A stretch of DNA of 64,000 nucleotides from Azolla caroliniana (taxonomy: Eukaryota; Plantae; Polypodiophyta). A program made the translations under genes and the position numbers. The notes below the pieces were generated by a model. The model made no database searches. It had not been told where the DNA came from and saw only the letters and a program-made list of their open reading frames with translations. The first letter of the stretch is position 1. Every line of letters begins with the position of its first letter. Positions 10,901 through 24,487 of the stretch are shown here, piece after piece. The stretch is taken from NCBI GenBank assembly GCA_043228905.1, contig JBHGNT010000009.1, positions 11,036,001-11,100,000 of the forward strand, given 5' to 3'.

Positions 10901-12907
10901 CTCGAAGAACTTCAAGCTCAGTTGGTGACAAGTTATAGATCAGTCCCCATGGTGGCTCTTTTCCGGGTTGTAAGTCAATGGAACAATCATACGGTCGATG
11001 ATGAGGAAGAGTACTAGCTTTTGCCTTATCAAAAATGTCGGCGTAATGATGATACTTCTTTGGAAGTTGAATTGTTGACTCCTCCTTAGCGGTGTTGGAA
11101 GGTTTCAATGATATTGTGAATACAAACATTGCTTCCTTGCCTCCTTCGTCACACAATTGATGTAGCAAAATCGTTGAAATCTTATGAGTAGATCCTCGAG
11201 GTTGTCGATACCCGATTTCTCTTGTTCTCCGATCTAACCCCAAAACAATTGGATGTTTTGGATTACTAATTATATTAAATGATACTAAACATACCAAGTT
11301 ATTTAGGACAACATTAATCAGCTCTAACTCTTCTAAGATATTTCTGGAAGCAATGGGGCGACCATCAATGTCTTCTACAGAAGTTGGGCAAGGGAGTTTT
11401 TTTAGGGATATCTTATTAGCTTGGGCAAAATTCTTATCCATGAAGCAAGAATTCGATCCGGAATCTAGGAGTGTCAAGACATGTACTTGAGGATTACTTT
11501 TAGTACTAATTGCTACTTGACCTAGGAAGACATTGTTAACTTGCTTAGAGGGAATGGAACCACTAATGGGTTGCACAGATCTAGGATTGTTCAACCAAAC
11601 GGCGCCTATTTTGGCTGGACTTAGTCGTTTAACTCTTCTTCTATATGACTAAGAACTTCAAATTTGTTTGATAGGCTTGGGCTATTAGGACTATCTGACA
11701 CTCCTAATGAAATTGACTCAGGTTTAATACTATTAGTACTAGTGGCTATTTGATTTACCTATCTTCTTGGCCTATGAGGACAATTCGTTGCAATATGCCC
11801 CGGTCCACATCAATAAAGACATAGTCGATTTGCTCGGCATCGTTACTTTTCCTCTTCCGATAATGGTCTGCAATGATGTGTGGTGTTGATTTCCATCGGA
11901 GTTGGAGTATTTGCTAGAGATGCATTATATGAATCTCTTGGAAACGTTTTTGCTACAACTGAGGCGTAGGTGGGCTCTGATCTTGTCCTTGGCATCTGGA
12001 ACTAACATTCCGAACGTCATTCGAAAAGGCGGTTATTGCATTGTACCGCTCGACTGATTGCTTTTGTGAGCGACTTTGGTTCTTCATGGAACGTCAAGAG
12101 TAAATCCTTGACATCATTATGTAGGCCATAGCGAAATTGCTCCATCAATTCTCGGTCATCCCAAGGAATATTGGTGGCAAGAAGACGGAAATCTGTGGCA
12201 TAAGTTGAGGTCGGCCGATCACCTTGACGCAGTCTTCGGATTTTGTTGATTGCCATCCTAACACTATCAATATCTCCAAAACATGCTTTAAACTCTTCAA
12301 AATTATTTAACAATGGAGAGCCTTTTTCTAATAAAGGGGCAAACCATGCTAGAGTTGTGCCACTAAGTAGCATGCATACTAGTCCCACTCGTGATGCATC
12401 GGTGGGATATCGAGAAGGATGCATTTGAATCACCAAACGTACCTAATTAAGAAATCCTCTAAATTGTGATCACGTTCCATCAAACTTCATAGGAAGACCA
12501 ATCTTGGGTTCTTTGGGAGTCCCTTGAGTGCTTGATCCCTGTTGTTGTAGTGACACAATAGTTGTTTCAAGTTGTTGGACACATAACGCCAGCTCCCCAT
12601 GTTGTTGTTGTTTTTCTAGAGCTATTTGTTGAAGATCCCCCAACAGACATTGATTTTCTTGTTCGAGTGCTACAAAATTCTCTTTTAAGCATTGGAGCTC
12701 CGAGAAAACAGATTGGTATTCTTGAGTGCTAACAATTGTCATTTAGTAGGAAGGATAAGGGGATTCGTATGAAGGGAAAGAAGGATAAGAGGATGAGAAA
12801 TTCGGTTCAAACTGTCAGAGATAGTACTAGAGACTGGGAGAATTAGTACTAAAGATAGAGAGGAAGAATGAGGATTAGTACTAAGAAGGGGAAAAGTGTG
12901 TGGAGAC

Positions 12908-12967
<60 letters not shown>

Positions 12968-13267
12968 TGATAACAAGTGGTATATTATATGAAGATAAGA
13001 TACAAGAGTAGTTAGGAGACTTAAGACTGGGGTTGAACCGAATTGGTTTTGAATAATGCCATGTGCCTCTATTTATAGTACTCTCAGGAGTACTCCTGAA
13101 GTTTCTAGAATGTTCTAGAGTAATTTGGAATATACAAGAATTTCCTATGGTGAAATAATAAATGAAAATAATATCTTTTGTATTACAATGCATTGTTTAA
13201 TGGTAAGGGTTCAACCCATGTAACACAAGGTCATGGGTTAGAATCCTTTTGGAGCCATATCATGACA
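7897..13267 (-). mobile_element. Degenerate Tcn1-like chromovirus (Ty3/gypsy); 5' LTR 12813-13267, truncated 3' LTR ~7897-8237
   Basis: Fragments of gag (KIGLPMKFDG), protease (LLDSGS), RT ([12 protein letters not shown]), RNase H (EADVSGFALG) and integrase (IISDRG, HPQTDGQAER). A PPT lies next to 8237 and the LTRs are similar to each other. Many stops and frameshifts. Confidence 0.9.
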
Positions 13268-13429
13268 ACGAGCTGAAAAGGAAAAATCCAAAGAATCAGA
13301 ATACCAAGAGGTTGAAGACACAGCACTGAGCAAGGATATCGACAATCGAGGAGCGAACGAACCCAAAGACAAATCAAGGATCCAATGAAGAGTAAAATAG
13401 CAAATGTCGATCAGACATGAGCTGATTCG

Positions 13430-13685
13430 AACCAGTCGATGCGACCAACCCAATCAAGTTGATCCAGATAACATACAATCCGACGACCAACCGAAGTACG
13501 CTAGATCTGGACCATACCTCGGCTAACTCGACCGAATGCTGACAACCTTGTATGTGTAACCAGTCGATGTGACCAACCCAATCAAGCCAACCCAGATAAC
13601 ATACAATCTAACGACCAACCGAATTAGGCTAGATCCCGACCATACCTCGGCTAACTCGATTGAATGTTGACAACCTTGTATGTGT
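13430..13685. repeat. Two-copy 128-bp tandem repeat in an LTR-like region
   Basis: aaccagtcgatg...gacaaccttgtatgtgt starts at 13430 and again at 13558. Confidence 0.85.
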
Positions 13686-14139
13686 ACACTTGTAACTATA
13701 GATTAGAATCGTAATCTAGGTTCACAAGGAAGATAATCAAAATTGATTGTATACATTGAAAGAGTAGCCCCTTTTACGGGAAAGTTTGTTGGCATAAAAG
13801 GGTCAACTCCTTCCACTTTGTATCCTTAGTGTGAACACGTTCACAAGTTAGGGCTTGAGTATATAAGCCCAAATATTTCATTGTAAAGATAGAGTTTTTT
13901 CACAGAAGACAATAACAAGGCCTCCATTTGAGCTTAACCTTGTTTACCTAACTTCCTATCTTCTTGCACATTCATATTGTCTGTGTTGTTTGCTTGACAC
14001 TACATTGCAAGTCCTAATATCCTTCCGCACATCACATCATATCACTCCTCTTTCACACACACGTAACACACATTTCTAGTCTATTCTGTTGCATAGAATC
14101 ATGCTTGATTCTTTACACGTTATATTCTTCACATTCACG

Positions 14140-15045
14140 TAATCAATGTTTGAGGCTATCAATGTTCCCTTGACCTTGACGATGATCATTGTCAAGCTTT
14201 ACTACTTTAATTATTAAAACTCTCATACTTTGAACGAAATCATCAAGCAAAGATTCACTCCTAGTTTCATTTCTCATGGTAGATGTGTCATTTTGTCTTT
14301 TGATTCTCGGCCTAGTCTTTGAACTTCCATCTTTTGCTCGAGCCAATTCATGATTCCCCTATGTGGTGTTTGTAGCATTGCACCATTTCTTTGCATTCTT
14401 TTCATAAATTTATTACAAACATTTGTTACCTCATTCTAATATGTAGGTATCCCATCTTCGGTATTTGAAACCTCAAGCAAAAGTTCCAACTCCTTTCTAT
14501 ATCTCTTGTCAATTGCCTACAAAAAAACAGCCTTTTGCCAAGACAAAGACTTTCTTTCTTTTGGGTTTAAGTGTTCAAATAATCTATCAAACTCCTTTCT
14601 TGTGTCACCCACAAATAATCCTTTATATTCTTTTATAATTCATTCATGGAAAGAGCACATAGTAACTCAACAGAAATATTCAGGAGCATATTCTGACACA
14701 AGTGCTTCTTTGAATGCATCTGAATCCAAACTATGCAATATTTGTATTTCACAAATTCTAGCTCTCAATTCAACTAATTTACAAAATTTTACTATGATAT
14801 TTACATAATTCACATCAGACATTTCCATTTCATCATAATATATATTCAAATACATTGAAATGTGTGTGCCATCAAATACAACCATCTTCTCTCGAAATTC
14901 TCATAAGGTGTGAAATAATTTATCTTTATTCAACATTTGAATAAACAACCTTACTAGATCCATGGTACTTGTACTTGCCATTTTATTTGCTCGTCACTTT
15001 AGATGGTCTCTTCTACTTCCTGTTTCACGTTATGTTCACCAAGTG
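14140..15045 (-). mobile_element. Old relic of tRNA-Trp-primed gypsy: degenerate gag and PBS
   Basis: VFDGTHISMYL resembles FNGKDVSRYL of gag at 48526. A degenerate PBS tggtgaacataacgtgaa lies on the minus strand at ~15024-15041. Confidence 0.6.
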
Positions 15046-15323
15046 TGTTGTGGCGTTGCTCCCACAAAAGTGTCGCATTGCTTGAACAAATGATAGTGAG
15101 GAAGGAATCAATAGGATTTTGGACAGAAGAGACAGAAAGACTAGAGATATAGCAAAGAGAGATTAAAGAGAGATGAGAAATAAGCTCAAAACTATATTTG
15201 AGAGAATGTAAGAAATTTATAATATTTTTATGGAGTTTACAAAATGGTTGTGAGTATCGTTGAACCTTTGCCCTTTTTCTTGCAAGGCAATCATCATGTT
15301 TTGTTGATCCACTCTTCTTTTTC

Positions 15324-15938
15324 TTGAAAGTAGACTTTAATCATCCCTTTTATCTTTCAATCACCTGCCCAACGTCCCATCGAATATGGCGGGGGGTTGG
15401 CCTCTTGTTGCAATTATACCAGGTGCAAGGCTCAATCAAAGTGGGGAAATATATGTTGGCTATCATGGCAGACCCCAATTGGCAAATACGAGCATTAGGA
15501 GGGGATGACTTTGGCGATAAAAGCACAAGAGGTTTTTTCTCCACCAACGACAATGTCCACTCAACTCCTCTTAATGACAAATCTCAAGTTGTGTTGTCTA
15601 GAATTGGTCAGCCCAATAACTCTTTGGATTCTATGGAAACAATGGTGTAGATGGGTCTTCTCCAACCAAACCGTGAATCCAACAAGGTTACTGCAAGAGA
15701 TATGGAGTGAAATTGTAGCCACTCTAAAGAGCCAATATGATGGCCTCAAGGGCGGCTCCGATGGAGTTGAAAGACAACGAATAGCCTCCATCCAACAATG
15801 GTCGTTCTCTCCCTTTCTTGAGTCAGTGGGCATCCACATAAGATGGAACTATCGCGTCCCTACAAGGATTTGTACATAATCGTCTCATTTGTACAATTTT
15901 ATAACTAATGGAAGGAGTGTTTTTTTGGAAAAAAAAAA
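15324..15938 (+). mobile_element. Probable 5'-truncated LINE 3' end with poly(A)
   Basis: Frameshifted peptides (CPTSHRIW..., WCRWVFSNQ...LLQEIW) resemble the C-terminus of plant L1 ORF2, followed by an A-run at ~15929-15938. Confidence 0.45.
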
Positions 15939-16261
15939 GAATTGAACCTTCGCCCTTTCGTTACAAGGTGAGCACCATAACCGTCAAACTTGTTATTTTC
16001 TTTATATTTTTAATTCTTATGCTCTCTCTCTCTCTCTCTCCTTTTTATTGTAATTAGCCTACCTTAATGGTAAGTCGTTGCACTACTACCACTACATCTG
16101 ACCTTCAAAACCCAATTTTTTTAACTCTCTATTGCAACGCCCTAGTGGTTAAATTGTTTACACTACTAGCACTACATCTTGGGTCTTGCAAGACCCAATT
16201 TTCTTACATCTCTATTACTCCATAGATATCTCTTATTTCAGTAGATGCCACTGTGGAATGT

Positions 16262-16318
16262 AGAGGTTGAATCCATGACCACCTGGTCTCTATTGGGCAA
16301 CCTTACCAACTAAGCTAC
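16262..16318 (-). repeat. tRNA-derived SINE-like / Pol III module
   Basis: Minus strand reads TAGCTTAGTTGG (A-box) ... GGATTCAACC (B-box-like) at tRNA-like spacing. Confidence 0.45.
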
Positions 16319-19300
16319 CTCCATCTGAGCGCTCTCTTTATATATATATATATATTTCTTTCTTTCTTTTGGTATATCTCACACTATTTTTTTTCAGTAT
16401 ATCTCGCCATCTATCTTATGATATATTTTATGAGGACACTCCATTCTCTTTTTATTGTCAAGGGAGGCTCTAGCATGTGTGCCATGTGGTGCACATGTAG
16501 CAGAGTTCTTGGCTTAGATTATACAATGTATAAAGTTATGTATAGATTACAAAATATATCATGAATATTAGTAAAATAATAAGCTTCGAGTTTTATCACA
16601 TGAGGTGGATGTTATAGGTTCAAATCTTCTTTTGTCCATGTGGTGTTGTGGGCCCATTCCCATGATCAACTATCATTGCCCTTTTCATTGTCGTAGCTTT
16701 TCACATTCTCCTCTTTCAGATCCTCCTCCATCTTTCTACCCTTCCTCAAGCAAGAAGAGCTCAACAAATAACCCAAGTAAAGAATAAGAAAGAGAAGTTG
16801 CCAATAACCACTCTCATAACACACACAAGAACCCTAAATTCAAGAAAGATAAAGAAGAAAATGGTTGAAGCCTTAAAACTCTAAAAATAAATGTTCCAAA
16901 CCTTTAGACACCCAAAATCCTTTAAAACGCCTAATCCAAAATGAGCCCTCAACTCCCCTTTTTATAGTGGGAGAACCTTCCAACACAAAGTGTTGGGAAT
17001 TTGATCAAAGGTTTTGCCTTACCCTTTATACCGAACGCTCACTTTTGTTGCAATACCAAAACAAATGTTTCACTAATTTTGGACTAAATCCATATCTCTT
17101 GCATCTTAGTTATGCAATGTATCAACTAGTACTAAGCAAAGCTATAATAATACTCTCCTTTGCTGGCAAATTAGAGCAATAGATTCTTCTTGAACACTTT
17201 TTTCCACCAGAAGTACGAATTAATCATGGTCTATATTTTATCACTATGGTTTTTTATTTATGGAGTGGGATCAATAACTAATATACTTGAAGGATTCATA
17301 TAATATGTTGAATCAAATATGCATCATTATGTTGCTTTATCTATTGATTTTTAATAGAGATTTGAAGTCAATAACCAAGTTCCAATCTTGCAAACGATTT
17401 TGTCTCCCAATATGGAAAAGAAACACAATCATGGACCAAATCCTCTATCTATTTTATGCATGATTTCTCTCTGAGATAAAAATAGTGTATACCTATTTAG
17501 ATTTCACTATCAATGACGTTGAATAACCATCACTTATCATTATATCGTCGACTTGCTAAGCACTCTGTTTAGAAATATAGATCCTTGACTTTTGAGGTTC
17601 TCAATCCATTTGTGTTGAACTAACAAATCTTGATTCCATTTTTTTCCACTATATATGTTGTGTGACTTTCTTCTAATTTTGAATCAACTTTGTGGTGAAA
17701 GGAGAGCATCAAATAATGTTATTATACTTGGCATATACTACATCACAAAGAGTGGTTGTCCAAGATACAAAGAAATTTTGGTTTATATTGGTTTATACTT
17801 GTAAGTTGTCACATACTACATCCCAAAGAGTGGTTGTCCAAGATATAAAGAATATTTGGTTTCATGTTCTATCCTTAGGTGGTGTGTTATTTTTTCTTAG
17901 TGATACACTCCATATTTTTTCTTATTTAACTATTCATGTAATACTTTCATTCCTTGTTGATCAAGTGGAGTTTCCACTTTCTTTATTTTTTGGGTTTCAA
18001 TATCCATGTAATGATATTCATGCATTTTGTGTCTCTCTTTCGCTCCACTCCACACTCTCACACCTTTTCTTGTTTGGATCAGTCATTTTGTTTAATGTAT
18101 GTCTCTTTCTCTATGGGTCAAGTCGGTCTTGTGTGGACCTCAATATCTCTCACTAAGAGGGATATCTATTTCTTTGAATGTTCTTGTTTGAATATCATCC
18201 AATTGTCTAGGCACCTCTTTACCTTTCCTTTCTTCGTAATCCAAAGGAAGGCAAAAAAGCATAATTGAGACTCATGATGAACTTTGGAGGTAAGAAACAA
18301 ACTGCAATTTGCAAGCATTTCCTAAATAGTAAACTTGTTAGGTTGTAGACCATCATATTTACCACTTAACATAAAGGAGCTATTGGAAATTACAAATGTC
18401 TATTCCTCTATTGAAGATATGATTATAAATTTATATGTGTGTAAATGTGCAATTTGTATCTAGATGATCATGTGTGTGCGAATACTATGTATGGATGTAG
18501 GTATACGTGTATGACATGCATTAATGTGTGTGTGTGTGTGTGGGTGGGTTGGTGTGTGTTATATGCATGCATTAATGTTTGTATGCATGTCTTATAGAAA
18601 CAACCTACTAGGGTCGTATAATTTCTCCATCACCCATGTATATTAAAAATTAAATGAGAACATAGGTAAAGATTATTGGTGAGGAGCCAGGGCCATGGTT
18701 TTAACGAATCAAGCTTTACTACATAACTTATATATAATTATTCATCAAATATATTTTCTTATGTCGGCTCATTGTTTCCCACATTGCCCATATCACATGT
18801 TGAGTTCAACTCATCCTTGATTTTAAAATCTCTTAATTTCCCTAGGTTGTTGAATATTCTAAGGAACCGGGAACCACTCTATTTTTTCGTTTTAGTATGA
18901 GCTTGTACCTTGTGATCCTCATCAAGCATTCCCAAAATGCCATTATTCTTCATCTTGATGAAATTTTCTCACACACCATCCTTCTCTATGTCAATGTAAT
19001 GTTTGCACATCATCATGGCACAAATGATTGTAGTTCCAAAAGAAAATTGTGAACTATAATTACAACTTTTAACCAAATAGAATTTGATTATATTACACTC
19101 AATAGTTCTTCAAACAAGTGCAAGATCCACCATCAAAGAGTAGATTAAAGTGCTTGTTTATTAAATGTCATGGCTTCTTATTTGTAGTTGTTGAATCACC
19201 AACCATGTGTCTCAATTGTTAAAGCATCACCTTGTGCAATGTTAATATGAACCCGTTTTTGGGTGAGTTGGCCGTAAAATTCCATTTGCATGTAAGCTAT

Positions 19301-22300
19301 GGGATTCATATATTCATTACCACATGTGTTATGTTTGTCTTTGTCCTGTTATACATCAATGTTAGATTTGACAAAGGGATCTTCAAATGAGGTGTAATAT
19401 TTTTTGGGTATGAAAGAAGACTTTTTTCTACTTTCAAACAAATATATTATGTTAATTGAGCCCTAAAGAAGACATTTTCTTGCTTCCTCAAAAAAATCAT
19501 CATAATATAAAGTATGAAGATCATTTTTTGGCATAATCGTCATTTCTTTGTCATCATCTTCTTTATTGACCACCTTCATCAATGTCCTTGCTTCACCTTT
19601 TGAGAATCTAAAAAAACTGGTTTGAGATGTATTCAATTTCAGATTCTCGACTATTGTTTGGCACGTGGAGGTTTTAGTTAAAATAAAATAATAACAAGAA
19701 CATCTATGAACAACTATTATGATGTGAAGAGCAAAGACTATTTATCAGATTCTTAAGCAAAATATAGCCACCCTCCAATGCTTGATTAGAGATAGAATTG
19801 GGATTTGTTAACTTCATCCTACGTGCTACACCCTGACTTATTGTTTCAAACCTTATTGTGCTAGAAGTGCACCAAAAAGAATGATTTTCGTGACGAGACA
19901 TTGACTCCTATATGTTTGGTTCCAACATAGCTTGTCTAACCAATTTAACATGTTTGAAGATTGACAAAGCCACTCCTACAAGAATAAAAGAAGAAAAGTT
20001 GTGTTCAAAGATGAGCAACAAAATGAGCAAGCTAAGGCACAGAGGACAAAGTTATGGTGGGGTATGCTTCCAAGGAGAAGAACACACAATAGAAAGAGGA
20101 GGATTAGTTGAAACCATGCAATGTATCAAACTATTTGTGTGATGATTGTGCAATGAGTTGGAACTTTTGTGGGACATGTGGTGGTGAACATAAAGAATGT
20201 GGGGACCAACAAGGACTTTGATGATATGGTAACGGTGACCCACTCATCTAAATACAAGGTTTGTTCCTCAAAGAAGCCACGCAAAATTGAGCTGACTCCA
20301 CAGGAAAAATATTCCACCTCTTTGAGTTACATAGAGCATATTTTATATTCTCATAAGAAATAAACACATCAATTGCTTAACATAATTTCTTAGTCTAATG
20401 GTGGGATGTCAATGAATCAACACTTTGGAAGAATATGCGGTCATTTGGGGAAGGGCATTCTATATAATATGCTACCATTATGCCTTGAGTATCTTGGTTA
20501 GCTAGTTGAAATTGCAAGATTCGCCAACACAAGCCTAAAAGCAAATTTTATTCACATATAAAACAAATCATACCTATCCGTGTTAAGGGGAGGGATGTTG
20601 TTCAATCAATCTCTACTTGGTAAGAGGAAGAAGTTGCACTTCGTAAAAGATTTATTGTGTTTGTTTTTTAGGACAAAAACAACTTAGAAACGAAGAATAA
20701 CTTGTGTCTTGAATGCAAGAAAAACCAACACACTTAGAATAAACATTTACTCACCAAATATGGAGTGCAAGGCCATTCACTAATTGAGGATAAGGAATAA
20801 TGCTACCATATCTTCTCCCTTGGCATTCATTGTAGTCTTGGGGGGTATGTGTATATAAGGTCAACGTTGTATGAGAGAGGGTTGTTACAATGAGGCACAA
20901 TTTGGTTAGAATAATGGTAGAACAAATACATTATGAATACGTAATCTAATGAGAGGGAGACTAATGTGTAGTTAGAGGAAGTATGTATAATTCGGATACT
21001 AACCTTTCTACAATTTGTCATGTAAGAATTTTCTAATGGAATAAGGATGAGTGCTTTGCCACTCTTTGTCTTGCGCGTGTGGTGTGTGAGCAAGTGATAT
21101 AATTGAAAGAGAGAGAGAGAGAGAGAGAGAGAGATTCATGTGAACAACAGGACTTGTTGATTGTAGCCAAACATTGGCCAACCACCATCTTTGAATGATG
21201 GCTTATTCTTGCTAATTCTATCATACTAAAACAATATTGAGACTATGGTAATTCCTATATATGCCTATTTATCATAACTTTAGAAATGACCAAGAAAAGT
21301 ATCAATACCTTGATCTTCTTATAACTTTCTTTAGTATATTTATGGTTTCGCAAATCTAGTAGCACATAGTAGTAGTATGTACTTATTGAGCCTTTAAAAA
21401 GTTTAGCATGTTTCCCTACATGTTTGAAATTTGCATGTGCAAACATAGTTTGCTTAAGTAATTATATATAACATTCCTAAGAGTGGATAATGTGTAACCA
21501 TGTTGTGTAGCAACAACTTAAACATTTGCTTTCATGCACAAAAGTAAATGCAGAGCAAGGAATTCTCTTAAGTAATTATATTTGACTTTCTTCATATGCA
21601 TAACGTGTAACCATGTAACAAGCGGTGTGACCTTTGACAAACTTCGACTTAGAAGTTTATATTGATGCAAAAAAAGAGTAAATGTCGAGAAGGGGATTTG
21701 CTTAAGTAATTACATTTAACCTCTCAAGAATGCATACCATGTAATTGTGTAGTGGCAACTGGAACTTGTCGAGAGATTATAAGTAATGATCCCATTACCA
21801 ATATCATGCAAAGTGATCAATCTACCATTAGAGTTGCACCATTACGTATTAGACCTATCGCATATGAGTTACAACCCACATGTGAGAGAAAAATCACAAA
21901 GTAGACCACATCAATATTTCAAAATATAAGATTGCTAAAATAAATGTTAAGACTAGTACTTGAAGCATAAACATAATGAACATACTTATTCAACTCCACA
22001 CAAAGAGAGGTCTTGTACTTACATCAACATGTTAGAACACATTCTTTATTAGTATACTCTCTTCCTTTCCTCCTCTAATTAGTGCTCTGGAAGGCATGAC
22101 TCTCGTCACTTTTGTTGGGTTTTGTATTTTGTAATAATAGTGTTGTTTTCCTTCCTTTGAGAGTGTGATTATTTGGAAATTGCATTTTCATAAAACATTG
22201 TGTTCTCTCTCATTATAAAAGTTTGATATAGCAAGTCCCATATTGGGTGAGTTCCATAGGCTAACTACAACCATCTGTCAAGCTTATAAAGATCACCTAA

Positions 22301-23022
22301 TAGTAATTAACTATCGAACAGTGAAGCTAATTTTAAACTTGTAAATCATGTCTTTTTACTTTATTCTACATAGAAGACAAAACTCTAGAGCTTGATCACA
22401 TGTATGCATTACCACTACCTTCTCCATACTATTTGTACGGGTCATCCATGTGCTACCTTTGTTTTTTGCTTTGTCTTATCTTAAACGTGCTTGAGGCATG
22501 GTTATGTGTTTAATCTTAAATTTCTATTTGATTATGAGGCATCTCCGATCAAGCATCTCTTTTGAGTTCCTCATACACACATGCACGTTTTCATAAATTT
22601 CCCTTATAAATATACATGAAACACATTTATATGTACATAAAAAGAGTTTGTAACCATAAAGAAAAACAAATTTAATGTTACATCAAAAATGGGAGAAGCA
22701 CCCCCCCACCTTTAAATAAGTGCGCTTTTGCAACAAAATAGCAATATATCACGGGTTTTAGATTACCCTCAAAGTCTATAAAAAATGTCCAAAACATACC
22801 CTTCTTGATTAATGGATACGACCTGTAGTTTCTAGATGATTACTCTTAAAATTTATTGTAGAGACCACCAAATATACCCCTAACCAACCATGTAAAACGA
22901 TTACTAGAATACTGTCTAGTTTAATATTGAAAGTGGACAATGGCAAACGTTTGCTCTCAGCGGTTTATTAGTCCATGATAGACCAGTCAATAATCCATGC
23001 TCATGAGTTTGTAAACATCGCT

Positions 23023-23065
<43 letters not shown>

Positions 23066-23417
23066 GGATATGCACAATGCATTTGTATTCGATGGTAGGC
23101 ATGGAGTGAAAGCATATATATGCGAAAGTTGAAGGGAGTACTAACGTGACAAATTTCTTTATTGGAGCAAGCGGAAATTCTTTTCTCAATGGAGACTTTG
23201 TCTTGCCTGTTGGCAATTAAACATGTTGCACTACACATGTAATTAGTGGGGGTGACCATATTCTATTGTGACACCCATTATTGTAAGTAGTGTATTTCGT
23301 CATGCACATGTATTAATATACATAATTGTGTGTTTTCACCAAAGACATACATATATAATTAGTGGGTTTTTAAGATGAGATGATTGTGGTTTCTTCTTCT
23401 TCTTTCTTCTTCGTTCT

Positions 23418-23547
23418 GTGTGTGTGTGTGTGTGTGTGTTGTCTTGATCATCTTGTGTGCCGTGCGTAGCCTTGGAAAGACAGACAACGCAGCAGCAACT
23501 TTTACAAAAAATAAAGAAATGTTTATTATTATGTTATATGTACAGAA

Positions 23548-23585
<38 letters not shown>

Positions 23586-23746
23586 ACAAAAACAGAACGA
23601 AAGCTTTACACACACATATACATACATACATACATATATATATGTATATATACGCACACACGTAGCCAGCCAGATAGACACTCTGCGACAGAGACCGAGA
23701 CCGAGACCGAGATCGAGACAGAGACAGAGACAGAGACAGAGACAGA
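23418..23746. repeat. Microsatellite cluster upstream of the epimerase gene: (GT)n, (GA)n, (ACAT)n, (GAGACM)n
   Basis: Directly visible simple repeats. Confidence 0.9.
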
Positions 23747-24055
23747 GTATAATCCTTCTTCCTCTTTCGGTTTCTCAGATCTCTGCTAGACCTCCGAAAT
23801 TTTCCCTAGGCTTTCAGAGACAAAACAGGTAATGGCCATCGAAAGCGGTCTTTCACGATTTGATGAGGCCATTAATGACGGCCAAGGGATTCTAATTAGG
23901 TCTCTAATCAACAATGAAGGCCGTTAATTTTGATCGCAGAAATATTAAGAGTGAGAAAGAGAAGTCGAATCTATGTCTTTTCTTTTGGTTTCTTCTTATC
24001 TGAAACTATAGAAAACAGATCTGTTTCCTCTGTTTTTATATTTTGATTCATCAAC

Positions 24056-24086
<31 letters not shown>

Positions 24087-24487
24087 GTATTGATTAGTGT
24101 TTGAATTTATATCCTGTACACATGACTAGGGAAGCAAAGCAAAGCAGTGTGTAGCTAAATTCCGCGAATTGATGGGCTTTGTATATATAAAGGCCTCAAT
24201 TCACTATTCTTGCTCCTTTTATGATATGCATTTCTTAGAACTGTAGGGTTTTCCCATACAGAGAATCTCTTATGTGGTCTAATATGTAAGGGCCTCTTAA
24301 GGATGTCATACATTGCCTGAAGATTCTGTTATGTGTGTATTGGTGCATGTATATGCCTATGTAAATGTATGTATCTAGTCTGTGTCTATATTTATATACG
24401 CAATTGTATATGAAGTGGATGTTATCACATTGCCTGATCTTTTTCTTTTGCGTATATATAAGTGTTTGTGTGTGTATATATGCAGGA

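Noticed and set aside
19990-20210. Cys-rich fragment (PCNVSNYLCDDC...FCGTCGGEHKEC) in the AT-rich 17-21 kb region
   Set aside because: Too short and broken to assign; possibly a decayed TE zinc finger.
21452-21760. Three degenerate ~115-135-bp units starting CTTAAGTAATTA, and a 78-bp-period duplication at ~17733-17862
   Set aside because: Ordinary decayed tandem duplications with no further structure.
23359-23789. ORFs with ERERE/TETETE/LSLSL runs
   Set aside because: They are translations of microsatellites.
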